Source: an uncultured Candidatus Rokubacteria bacterium (GTDB taxonomy: Bacteria; Methylomirabilota; Methylomirabilia; Rokubacteriales; DASRDR01). From it: DNA of 64,000 bases. The notes under the pieces are model-generated. The model was not told where the DNA came from, made no database searches, and saw only the letters and a list, made by a program, of their open reading frames with translations. A program made the position numbers and the translations under genes. Position 1 is the stretch's first letter; each line of letters begins with the position of its first letter. This document shows positions 8,186-16,880 of this stretch, in pieces. The stretch covers positions 318,591 through 382,590 of the forward strand of contig CAVPSB010000015.1 of the NCBI GenBank assembly GCA_963708025.1, read 5' to 3'.

Positions 8186-9766
8186 ATTAAGCGCGTCCTG
8201 GTCACCGACTCCCTCCAGGAGGTGGGCGTCGAGGCGCTCCGCGCCGAGGGCCTCGAGGTGGAGGTGATCCCCACGCTGCCGCCGTCCGAGCTGGCCCGGC
8301 GGATCGGGCCGTACGCCGGGCTCGTCGTACGGAGCGCGACCAGGGTCACGGCGGAGGTCATCGAGGCGGCGGCCGCCCTCGAGGTGGTGGGCCGGGCCGG
8401 CGTCGGGCTGGACAACGTCGACGTCGAGGCCGCGACCCGGCGCGGCGTCGTCTGCATGAACACGCCGGGCGGGAACACGATCGCCGCCGCCGAGCACACC
8501 ATGGCCCTTCTCCTCGCGACGGCCCGCAAGCTCCCCCAGGCCCACGCGCACCTCAAGGGCGGCAAGTGGGAGCGGGAGCGGTTCCTGGGGACCGAGGTCT
8601 ACGGCAAGACGCTCGGGGTCGTCGGGCTCGGGCGGATCGGCGCCGAGGTGGCGCGCCGCGCCCAGGGCTTCGCGATGACCGTCATCGCCTACGACCCCTA
8701 CCTGGGCGAGGAGGTGGCCCGCCGTCTGGGCGTCGAGCTGGTCGATCTCGACACGCTCTACCGACGGGCCGACTTCATCACGGTGCACGTGCCCCTCACC
8801 CGGGACACCCGGGCGCTCATCGGCGCCGCCGAGCTGGCGAAGATGAAGGACGGCGTGCGTCTCGTCAACTGCGCGCGCGGCGGCATCGTGGACGAGGCGG
8901 CGCTGGCCGCCGCCGTCCAGTCGGGCAAGGTGGCGGGGGCGGCGCTCGACGTGTTCGAGCGGGAGCCGCCGTGGGGCTCGCCCGTCCTCGACCTGGACCC
9001 GGTGGTGACTACGCCGCACCTGGGAGCCTCCACCGAGGAGGCCCAGACCTCGGTGGCGGTGGCGATCGCCCAGCAGGTCGCCGACCTCCTCGTGCGCGGG
9101 GTCGTCCGGAACGCGGTGAACGCCCCCAGCGTGGACCCGGAGCTCTTGAAGGAGCTGGCCCCGTATCTCGGCTTGAGCCAGAAGCTCGGGTCGTTCCTGG
9201 GTCAGGTCGCGCGCGGCCGCACGAGCGCGGTGACGATCCAGTACGCCGGGGAGGTGGCCGGGCTCGGCGTGCAGCCCCTGACGGTCACGCTCCTCCGCGG
9301 ACTCCTGGCCGTGATCCTGGAGGAGAACGTGACCGACGTGAACGCGCCGTACCTGGCCCGCCAGCGCGGGATCCGGGTCGTCGAGTCCCGGACCCCGGTC
9401 AGCGAGGACTTCGCGAGCCTCGTCTCGGCGGAGGTGACCACCGATGCCGGGACCTGGCAGGTCGCCGGCGCGCTCTTCCACCGGAAGGAGCCGCGCATCG
9501 TCCAGGTGGACGGCTACGGGATGGAGGCCCACCCGTCCGGCTGGATGCTCGTCTTCTCGAACGACGACGTCCCCGGTGTGATCGGCCGGATCGGCACCCT
9601 GTTCGGCGCCCACGCGATCAACATCGCGGGCATGCAGCTCGGCCGCTCGGCCCCGGGCGGCCGCGCGGTCTCGATCCTGAACCTCGACAGCCCGGTGCCG
9701 GATCCGATCCTCGCCGAGATCCGGGCCCTGCCGAACATCCGCTCGGCGACCCTCGTCCGGCTCTAG
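8186..9766 (+). CDS. serA: D-3-phosphoglycerate dehydrogenase with ASB/ACT domains; apparent ATT start
   Basis: VRSATRV, RAGVGLDN, GLGRIG, NCARGG, TPHLGAST, C-terminal DVPGVIG; N-terminal (I)KRVLVTDSL lies upstream of the ORF-track GTG. Confidence 0.95.
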   Translation: MKRVLVTDSLQEVGVEALRAEGLEVEVIPTLPPSELARRIGPYAGLVVRSATRVTAEVIEAAAALEVVGRAGVGLDNVDVEAATRRGVVCMNTPGGNTIAAAEHTMALLLATARKLPQAHAHLKGGKWERERFLGTEVYGKTLGVVGLGRIGAEVARRAQGFAMTVIAYDPYLGEEVARRLGVELVDLDTLYRRADFITVHVPLTRDTRALIGAAELAKMKDGVRLVNCARGGIVDEAALAAAVQSGKVAGAALDVFEREPPWGSPVLDLDPVVTTPHLGASTEEAQTSVAVAIAQQVADLLVRGVVRNAVNAPSVDPELLKELAPYLGLSQKLGSFLGQVARGRTSAVTIQYAGEVAGLGVQPLTVTLLRGLLAVILEENVTDVNAPYLARQRGIRVVESRTPVSEDFASLVSAEVTTDAGTWQVAGALFHRKEPRIVQVDGYGMEAHPSGWMLVFSNDDVPGVIGRIGTLFGAHAINIAGMQLGRSAPGGRAVSILNLDSPVPDPILAEIRALPNIRSATLVRL

Positions 9767-9847
9767 GCCCCGGGCGAAGGGGGTGGCGCCCGCGCCGGTT
9801 TGCCCGTATACTTCCCCGGGTTTGCCCCGGCGTCCGGGGGCGCACAT

Positions 9848-11173
9848 ATGGACCGACGCAGTCTCCACTCTCAACTTCCCACCGGGGTCAAGATCTACCT
9901 CCCCGACGAGGCGGCCCGGCTCCGCGGGCTCCAGGAGCGGCTGCTGGGCGTGTTTCGCCTCTGGGGCTTCCGGGAGGTCATGACCCCGACCTACGAGTTC
10001 TTCGACGTCCTCGCCGTCGGTACCGACCCGGCCCTCCAGGAGCGGATGTTCAAGTTCATGGACCGCGAGACCGGCCGGATGCTGGCCCTCCGGGCGGACG
10101 TCACGCCCCAGATCGCGCGCATCGCGGCCACCCGGCTCCGCGACCAGCCCAAGCCCTACCGCCTGGCGTACCGGGCCAACGTCTTCCGTTACGACGAGCC
10201 CCGGGTCGGGCGGCAGCGCGAGTTCTACCAGGCGGGCGTCGAGCTGCTCGGCCTGGACAAGCCCGAGGCGGACGCCGAGATGATCGCCATGGCGGTCGAG
10301 AGCTTCCGCGCCGCCGGGGTGGCCCGCTTCCAGATCGAGGTCGGCCAGGTCGAGTTCGTCCGCGGGGTCATCGAGGGGCTGGGGGTCGAGGCGGAGGTCG
10401 GGCGCGGCCTGCGCGACGCGCTGCGCCGGAAGGACGCCGCCGAGCTGGCGCGGCTGGTCGGCGACATGGGATTGCCGGCCGCCACCGCCGACCTCCTGCT
10501 CGCGCTGCCGGCGCTCCACGGCCGGGGGGCCGATGTGCTGGGACGGGCGGCGGGCCTGGTCCAGAATCCGCGATCGGAGCGGGCGCTGGCCAGCCTCACC
10601 GAGGTCCACCGGCTGCTGACCGCGTACGGGCTGGCCGACGCCATCATGCTGGACCTCGGCGAGGTGCGGGGCTTCGACTACTACTCGGGTGTCCACTTCG
10701 AGGGCTACGCGGACGGCTACGGCGCCGAGCTGTGCGGCGGCGGGCGCTACGACCACCTGCTGGCGCGGTTCGGCGCGCCGTGCCCGGCCACGGGCTTCGC
10801 CTTCGACGTGAACCGGCTCCTGCTGGCGCTGGAGGCCCAGGGCGTCGAGCTGCCGGTTCGCGGCCCCGAGGTGTTCGTCATCGACTTCACCGAGGACAAG
10901 ACGACGGCGCTGGCCCTCTCGCGCCGGTTCCGGGACCTCGGCCTCGCCGTCTGCCGGGACATCATGAGCCGGCCGCTGGCCGAGTCCCTCGCCTACGCCC
11001 GCGAGATCCGGGCGGCCCGCGCCCTGGTGATCGACGCCGCCGGGCTCGCCCGCGGCGAGGTGCGGATCGTCGACCCGGTCACCGGCCACGAGGAGCCCTA
11101 TCCGCTGCGCGACCTGATGGCCGCCCCGGCGCGCCTCCTGGAGCCGGCCCGGGGAGGCGCCGCCCGTGCCTAA
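9848..11173 (+). CDS. hisZ: ATP phosphoribosyltransferase regulatory subunit
   Basis: LPTGVK, LRADVTPQIAR, REFYQAGVELLG, DYYSGVHF, GGGRYD; precedes purA. Confidence 0.92.
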   Translation: MDRRSLHSQLPTGVKIYLPDEAARLRGLQERLLGVFRLWGFREVMTPTYEFFDVLAVGTDPALQERMFKFMDRETGRMLALRADVTPQIARIAATRLRDQPKPYRLAYRANVFRYDEPRVGRQREFYQAGVELLGLDKPEADAEMIAMAVESFRAAGVARFQIEVGQVEFVRGVIEGLGVEAEVGRGLRDALRRKDAAELARLVGDMGLPAATADLLLALPALHGRGADVLGRAAGLVQNPRSERALASLTEVHRLLTAYGLADAIMLDLGEVRGFDYYSGVHFEGYADGYGAELCGGGRYDHLLARFGAPCPATGFAFDVNRLLLALEAQGVELPVRGPEVFVIDFTEDKTTALALSRRFRDLGLAVCRDIMSRPLAESLAYAREIRAARALVIDAAGLARGEVRIVDPVTGHEEPYPLRDLMAAPARLLEPARGGAARA

Positions 11174-12479
11174 CGTCGTCGTCGTCGGCGCGCAGTGGGG
11201 GGACGAGGGGAAGGGGAAGATCGTCGACCTGGTCGCCCCGTGCGTGGACGTCGTCGCCCGCTACTCCGGCGGGCCGAACGCCGGCCACACGGTCGTGACG
11301 GGCGAGCGGCGGTACGTCCTCCAGTCCCTCCCCTCCGGCGTCCTCCGCCCCGGCAAGAAGAGCGTGATCGGCTGCGGCGTGGTGGTGGACCCGGGCGCGC
11401 TCCTCGACGAGATGGACGGGCTGGTCCGGGCCGGCATCGCGCTCGACGGTCTGTACGTCTCGGCCAGCGCCCACGTCATCCTGCCGTACCACCGGGCCCT
11501 GGACCAGGCCGACGACCAGGGCCGGGTCGGGACGACGGGCAAGGGGGTCGGGCCGGCCTACGCGGACAAGGCGGCCCGCCGCGGCATCCGGATGGGAGAC
11601 CTCCTGGACGAGGCCCTTCTTCGCGAGAAGCTGGAGGCGAACCTCGCCGTCAAGAACCGCCCGCTGCGCGAGCAGTACGGCCATGCCGGCTTCGCCGTGG
11701 AGGAGCTGCTGCGGACCGCGCGCGGCCAGGCGGAGCGCCTGGCCCCCCACATCGCGGACACCACGCTCCTCCTCCACCGGTGGCTCGGCGAGGGGGCCAG
11801 CATCATGTTCGAGGGCGCCCAGGGCACCATGCTGGACATGGACCACGGAACCTATCCCTACATCACGTCCTCCAGCGCCACCGCGGGCGGCGCGGTCACC
11901 GGGACCGGGGTCCCGCCTACGCGCATCAACGGGGTCCTCGGCGTGACGAAGGCCTACGCGACGCGGGTGGGCGGCGGCCCGTTCCCCACCGAGGTCACCG
12001 GCGACCTGGGCGAGCTGATCCGGGCGCGGGGCAAGGAGTACGGCTCGGTCACCGGGCGCCCGCGCCGCTGCGGCTGGTTCGACGCGCCCCTCCTCCGTCA
12101 CGCCGTGCGGGTCAACGGGCTCGACACGGTCGCGGTGACCAAGCTCGACGTGCTCGACCAGTGCCACCGGGTGCTGGTGGGGGTCGCGTACCGCTACCGC
12201 GGGTCGCTGCTCCACGAGATCCCGCTCGAGGAGCGGGTCCTCGCCCGGATCGAGCCGGTGTACGAGGAGCGGCCGGGCTGGATGGCCGTCACCGAGGGGC
12301 TGCGCGCCTGGGACGACTTGCCGGGCCGGGCCCGTGACTACATCAACTGGCTGTCCGACCTCATCGGCTGCGAGATCTGCCTGATCTCGACCGGCCCGGC
12401 GCGGGACGAGACGATCCTCCTCGAGTCCTCCCAGCTGACCCGCTGGTTCCCCGACCTCCAGCGGGCCGCGGTCCGCTGA
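11166..12479 (+). CDS. purA: Adenylosuccinate synthetase
   Basis: QWGDEGKGK, NAGHT, GTTGKGVGPAY, EGAQG, GTYPYITSS, TGRPRRCGW, TKLDVL. Confidence 0.98.
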   Translation: MPNVVVVGAQWGDEGKGKIVDLVAPCVDVVARYSGGPNAGHTVVTGERRYVLQSLPSGVLRPGKKSVIGCGVVVDPGALLDEMDGLVRAGIALDGLYVSASAHVILPYHRALDQADDQGRVGTTGKGVGPAYADKAARRGIRMGDLLDEALLREKLEANLAVKNRPLREQYGHAGFAVEELLRTARGQAERLAPHIADTTLLLHRWLGEGASIMFEGAQGTMLDMDHGTYPYITSSSATAGGAVTGTGVPPTRINGVLGVTKAYATRVGGGPFPTEVTGDLGELIRARGKEYGSVTGRPRRCGWFDAPLLRHAVRVNGLDTVAVTKLDVLDQCHRVLVGVAYRYRGSLLHEIPLEERVLARIEPVYEERPGWMAVTEGLRAWDDLPGRARDYINWLSDLIGCEICLISTGPARDETILLESSQLTRWFPDLQRAAVR

Positions 12480-13227
12480 CGCTCCGCGCGTAGACGGAGA
12501 CGTGGAACCGGCTGGCGGCCGAGAAGGGCTCCCGGCCGAAGCCGCCCCAGCGCTCCCGCAGCCCGAGCCCGGCCAGCCGCGCCATGAGATCCAGCTCCGC
12601 CGGCCAGGCATAGCGGCTCTGAACCGGGTAGACGCCGACACCTTCCGCCGAGAGCACCACATGGGCCGAGCGGGTCCGCTGCTCGACCGGGTCGTGCAGG
12701 CTGGCGGTCAGCTGTACCACGTCGGACCCGACCTGCCGCACGTCCACGCGCTGGCCATGGTCGAATCGGGTGAGGTCGGGTACGAAGGCCTCGATCAGGA
12801 AGACGCCGTCGTCGGTCAGGTGCTCGGCCACTCGGGCGAAGCACCGCACCTGCGCCTCCTGCGAGGGGAGGCCGAAGAACGTGTTGAACACGACGAAGAC
12901 CAGGGAGAAGCGTCGCCCGATCGCCAGGTCCCCGAAGTTCCCGATGGTGACCGGGATGCGGTCGCCACCCGGCTTGCTCCGGAGCCTCGCCACCATCGCA
13001 GCCGACGCGTCGATCCCGTGGACGTCCACGCCGCGCTGCGCGAGGGGCAGCGCCACCCGGCCCGTGCCGATGCCGAGCTCCAGCACCGGCCCCCGGCCGG
13101 CGAGCTCCGCCAGAAACGCGGCGGCGGCCTCGGCGTCGGATGGCGGCTGGGCGATCCGGTCGTAGACGCCAGCGACGCGATCACCATACGTCGAGGCGTC
13201 GTACTCGGAGGCATCGTACTCGGCCAC
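12361..13227 (-). CDS. Class I SAM-dependent methyltransferase
   Basis: VLELGIGTGR, GIDAS; 3' end overlaps purA convergently. Confidence 0.88.
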   Translation of the reverse strand: MAEYDASEYDASTYGDRVAGVYDRIAQPPSDAEAAAAFLAELAGRGPVLELGIGTGRVALPLAQRGVDVHGIDASAAMVARLRSKPGGDRIPVTIGNFGDLAIGRRFSLVFVVFNTFFGLPSQEAQVRCFARVAEHLTDDGVFLIEAFVPDLTRFDHGQRVDVRQVGSDVVQLTASLHDPVEQRTRSAHVVLSAEGVGVYPVQSRYAWPAELDLMARLAGLGLRERWGGFGREPFSAASRFHVSVYARSVSGPRPAGGRGTSGSAGRTRGGSSRPAPGRSRSGRSRSR

Positions 13228-13256
13228 TGCCGGCCGGCTCGCGGCTGTTCTAGCCT

Positions 13257-13434
13257 CGGCGGGGCCGAGGAGCGAGCAGCGCTAGGACGCAGGGAGTCGC
13301 CCACCGCAGGCGTATGCAGCATACGCCGAGGATGGGCGACGACCGAGGACGACCAGAGGTCGGGACGGACGCGAGGCCGCAGGCCGAGCGCGTCACGACC
13401 GAGATGAACGTTGCGAAGCTCATCGGCCCCGCCG
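13257..13434 (-). repeat. Family A structured repeat, copy 2 (inverted)
   Basis: Reverse complement aligns with 3162-3364; termini CGGCGGGGCCGA/TCGGCCCCGCCG. Confidence 0.9.
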
Positions 13435-13435
13435 G

Positions 13436-14392
13436 CTACGTGTAGCTGAAGCCCATCGTCCGGCAGTGATAGTACAGCCCGCCGTCCTGGACGATGAGGA
13501 AGAGGGCCAGCCCGTCACCCTCGTTGTGGTGCGAGTGCATCCGGGTGGGCGGGGTGATCATGACCGCGTTCGGCTCCCAGTCCACCCGCTCCCCGTCGAT
13601 CAGCGAGTAGCAGCGCTCACCGGCCACGACCAGCGTGACGGCCACCGCGTTGTGCCGGTGGGCGCGCTGGGTCTCGCCGGGCAGGAGCGAGTTCATGGCC
13701 AGCGTGTACGTGGGGGTCGTGGTGCGCGCCTGCTCGAGGGCGGCGTTCCCCAGGTTGACCGACTTCCCCGGCATGCTGGCCCCGCGCGGGTCGAGGTAGA
13801 CGGCCCGGAGCTGCCGCCGGATCTCGGCCGCCGGGTAGTGCGCCGCCCGGATCGGCGGGTCGCCGGGCGCCGGCGACTGGCAGCGCTCGAAGGCCAGCGC
13901 CGGCTCGTTGGTGGCGATCCACAGTACCGTGTCCGTCGTGGCGTGGTGCCGGACCGTGCCGCCGCCGGGCAGGGCGAAGACGTCCCCGGCCTCCCAGGCG
14001 ATCGACTCGCGGCCGTCGACCCCGAAGCTGGTCGTGCCGGCGCCGCGGATCGCGTAGTGGAGCTCGGTGCTGGCGACGAAGCGCGTCTCCAGGCGCTCGC
14101 CCCCCCGGATGCGGGCGTAGCGCGCGAGGATCAGCGGCGTGGTGGCCGGCGACTCGAGCTGGAGGAGGCCGCTCAGGTCGAGGGGAACGAGGCCGGTCGG
14201 CGCCGCGGGGTCGAGGGCCCGGTCGTGCTCCGTCCGGAAGACGTGGGCCGGGATCGCCGGGCGCTTGATGTCGAAGCCGTCCAGGGAGGAGAGATAGCGC
14301 GCGTTGGCGGCGTAGGGGCTCGGCGTGCGGTCCGGCCCGGTCTCCACGCCGAGCAGCTCCCGGAGCCCGAGCTCGTCGATGGTCCTCGCCAT
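13436..14392 (-). CDS. Bicupin protein, gentisate 1,2-dioxygenase-like
   Basis: QRAHRHNAVAV and TPPTRMHSHHN cupin motifs. Confidence 0.75.
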   Translation of the reverse strand: MARTIDELGLRELLGVETGPDRTPSPYAANARYLSSLDGFDIKRPAIPAHVFRTEHDRALDPAAPTGLVPLDLSGLLQLESPATTPLILARYARIRGGERLETRFVASTELHYAIRGAGTTSFGVDGRESIAWEAGDVFALPGGGTVRHHATTDTVLWIATNEPALAFERCQSPAPGDPPIRAAHYPAAEIRRQLRAVYLDPRGASMPGKSVNLGNAALEQARTTTPTYTLAMNSLLPGETQRAHRHNAVAVTLVVAGERCYSLIDGERVDWEPNAVMITPPTRMHSHHNEGDGLALFLIVQDGGLYYHCRTMGFSYT

Positions 14393-14424
14393 GGCGGGTT
14401 CCTCCTCGCGTGTCGGTCTGAGCG

Positions 14425-14453
14425 ATGCTAGCCCGCGGCCCCGAGAGCGTCAA
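14425..14453 (-). promoter_or_regulatory. sigma70 promoter for cupin gene
   Basis: Minus strand TTGACG-17 nt-TAGCAT upstream of GAGGAGG RBS. Confidence 0.6.
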
Positions 14454-14874
14454 GCCGACGGACTCGAGCGCGACGACCCGGCGGCCTCGAGTCATCGCGG
14501 CGCTCGCGCTCGCGCTGGCCGCCGCGCCGGTGCTCCAGGCGGCGAGCCTGGCCGGGCTCCGGCTGCTGAACTTCGCGCCGGACCGCCCGTGGAACTACGT
14601 CGCCTACGGCCTGGCGGCCCCCTACGTCGCGGTCCTGCTCTGGCGGCGCCACCCGCGGGCGCGCTTCGCGGCCTACGTGTTCCTGACCCACGAGACCGTC
14701 CGCGGTCTCCACTTCCGACGCTGGGACGCCGTGCTCGTCGCCGTCGCCGGCATCCTTCTCCTCCAGCTTCCCTCGGCCCGCCGCTGGGTGCCGTCGCTGC
14801 GCCCCGCCGAGATCCGCGCCCGGCTGCCGTGGCGCCGGCGGCACCCGGAAGCGTCAAGCTCCGACACGGCCTGA
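14425..14874 (+). CDS. Small hypothetical membrane protein (start uncertain)
   Basis: Several hydrophobic segments, GC3-rich codon usage. Confidence 0.55.
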   Translation: MLARGPESVKPTDSSATTRRPRVIAALALALAAAPVLQAASLAGLRLLNFAPDRPWNYVAYGLAAPYVAVLLWRRHPRARFAAYVFLTHETVRGLHFRRWDAVLVAVAGILLLQLPSARRWVPSLRPAEIRARLPWRRRHPEASSSDTA

Positions 14875-14906
14875 GCGAGCTACAGTAGGGTTTCGGGAGG
14901 AGGGCG

Positions 14907-15614
14907 ATGGCAACGTTCGTGCTCGTGCACGGCGCGTGGCACGGGGGGTGGTGCTGGCGTCACGTCGCGCCGTTGCTGCGGCGCGCGGGACACGACGTGT
15001 ACGCGCCCTCGCTCACCGGGCTGGGCGAGCGCGCGCACCTGGCGCGGCCGGGCATCGACCTGAACGATCACGTCCAGGACGTCGTCGCGCTCCTCGACAT
15101 GGAGGATCTGGGTGACGTCGTGCTCGTGGGTCACAGCTACGGCGGGATGGTGGTGACCGGCGCGGCGGACCGCAACCCGGCGCGCATCCGCCACCTCGTG
15201 TACCTGGATGCCTTCGTCCCCGAGAACGGCAAGTGCGCGCTCGACTACGTGGTGCCCGAGCGCGCGGCCGCGATGCGCAGGGACGGCGAGCAGGCGGGCA
15301 GCGTGACGCCGCCGCCGGTTTCGCTCTGGGGGCTCACCAGGCCCGAGCACATCGCCTTCGTCGAGCGGCGGGAGGTGCGGCATCCGTATCACACGCTGAC
15401 GCAGCCGATCCGACTCACGAACGAAGCCGCGCTTGCGCGGCTGCCCCGGACCTTCATCTACTGCTCGTCGCCCGCGACCGGCTCGTTCGACCAGTTCGCC
15501 GCCCGGTGTCGCAACGACCCGGCGTGGCGCTTCTTCGAGCTCGAGACCGGCCACGACGCCATGATTCTCGTGCCGGCGGAGCTGTCCGAAATCCTGCTGC
15601 AGTCGGCCCGATAG
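14907..15614 (+). CDS. Alpha/beta hydrolase (esterase)
   Basis: FVLVHGAWHGGWCW, GHSYGG, TGHDAM. Confidence 0.92.
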   Translation: MATFVLVHGAWHGGWCWRHVAPLLRRAGHDVYAPSLTGLGERAHLARPGIDLNDHVQDVVALLDMEDLGDVVLVGHSYGGMVVTGAADRNPARIRHLVYLDAFVPENGKCALDYVVPERAAAMRRDGEQAGSVTPPPVSLWGLTRPEHIAFVERREVRHPYHTLTQPIRLTNEAALARLPRTFIYCSSPATGSFDQFAARCRNDPAWRFFELETGHDAMILVPAELSEILLQSAR

Positions 15615-15704
15615 CGCAAGCGCGCTCCCGGGAGCTCTCGATCCCGGAAACTTGACAGGCCGGGGGCGGCCGTCCCAGACTGCGGCCCGGGAGGACGACG
15701 AGGC

Positions 15705-16826
15705 ATGGCGCGAGCCAAAGGCTCCGGGCTGGCGGCGGCTGACCCGCGCGTCGGGCAGACGCTCCGCTTCGACGGCCAGGACTGGGAAGTCACCGACCAC
15801 TCGAGCTACTGGAACGACGCGGGATACCGCGTCATGGAGTGGTGCTGCGAGGCCGAGGACGTCGAGGGCTACCTCCTCAAGGAGATCAAGGACGGCGAGC
15901 CGACCCGCTGGTTCTTCACGCGAAAGGTCCCGCGCGAGGCGGTGACCGGACTGGGCGATAGCCGGCCCGCGAGCCCGCCGCCGGCGCTCACCTTCGAGAG
16001 CCGATCCTACCGGCACGCCGAGACGAACGAAGGCACCTACGAGGAGGAGCCGGGGCAGCGCGTCCCGAAGACCACGTGGGAGTACTGGGACGACGGCCGC
16101 CAGCGGAACCTCGCCGTCGAGCTGTGGCCGGACGGCCGTGTCAACTGCTACCACGGCGCCTACATCGAGCCCGGCCAGGTCACGCCGGTCGCCGGCGCGG
16201 AGGGCTCCGGCGACCGCGAGGAAGGGAGCGCGACCCCGGGGCGGAACGTCGCCGCGGCCGGGCTAGCCGCGCTGGCCGGGGCGGCGGCGGCCAGGGCTGC
16301 GAAAGGGGGGAAGACCGGGGGCGGGGGCGGCAACCCGTTCATCGCGGCGATGGTGTTCTTCCCCCTGGTCTACGTCTTCCCCTTCTTCGTCGGCCGGCCC
16401 TTCGACGAGTGCCTGGCGGTGGCCCTGCCGCTCGCGCTGGTCGGGGGCTGGCTCTTCGCGCTGCGCGCGCCCCGGGCGGCGGGCCTCGCCTTCCTGGGCA
16501 TGGCGCTGGGGCTCTACCTGTTCTGGCGATTCCCGCCGCTGACGAGCCCGTACGGGCTGGCCGCGGTGCTCGGGGGCCCGACCGTCCTGGCGGTGTGCGC
16601 GCGCGGCGAGGCCGCCAGGAAGGGGCGGCGACCCGTGCTCTACGCGGCGGCCGTCGCGGTGGCGCTGCCCGCGGTTCTGGTCGGGCTCCACCGCTACTTC
16701 TGGTACGCCCCCGGCCCCCACACGCTCGACCAGCTCGGCCTCGCGCTCGGGCCGGCCGCGCTGGGCGGGCTCGCCGCCCTCGTGGTGGCGAGCGTGGTGC
16801 TGGTGGGCGAGACCACCGACGCCTGA
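15705..16826 (+). CDS. DUF4178-like N-terminal domain plus multi-pass membrane C-terminus
   Basis: Acidic/Trp-rich beta domain (VGQTLRFDG...WEYWDD...LAVELW) then ~6 hydrophobic helices; TTGACA at 15652 upstream. Confidence 0.7.
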   Translation: MARAKGSGLAAADPRVGQTLRFDGQDWEVTDHSSYWNDAGYRVMEWCCEAEDVEGYLLKEIKDGEPTRWFFTRKVPREAVTGLGDSRPASPPPALTFESRSYRHAETNEGTYEEEPGQRVPKTTWEYWDDGRQRNLAVELWPDGRVNCYHGAYIEPGQVTPVAGAEGSGDREEGSATPGRNVAAAGLAALAGAAAARAAKGGKTGGGGGNPFIAAMVFFPLVYVFPFFVGRPFDECLAVALPLALVGGWLFALRAPRAAGLAFLGMALGLYLFWRFPPLTSPYGLAAVLGGPTVLAVCARGEAARKGRRPVLYAAAVAVALPAVLVGLHRYFWYAPGPHTLDQLGLALGPAALGGLAALVVASVVLVGETTDA

Positions 16827-16880
16827 GCGACCCGGGGCCATGGTCGGCGTGCCGGAACTGTCCGGGGCGGGGGGAGGGCG

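Noticed and set aside
8183-11298. 968-aa minus ORF and 910-aa alternative-frame ORF
   Set aside because: Shadow frames of serA/hisZ in high-GC DNA; no motifs and biased composition
13193-13221. Tandem EYDAS-EYDAS repeat at the methyltransferase N-terminus
   Set aside because: Only two imperfect 15-nt units; ordinary micro-duplication
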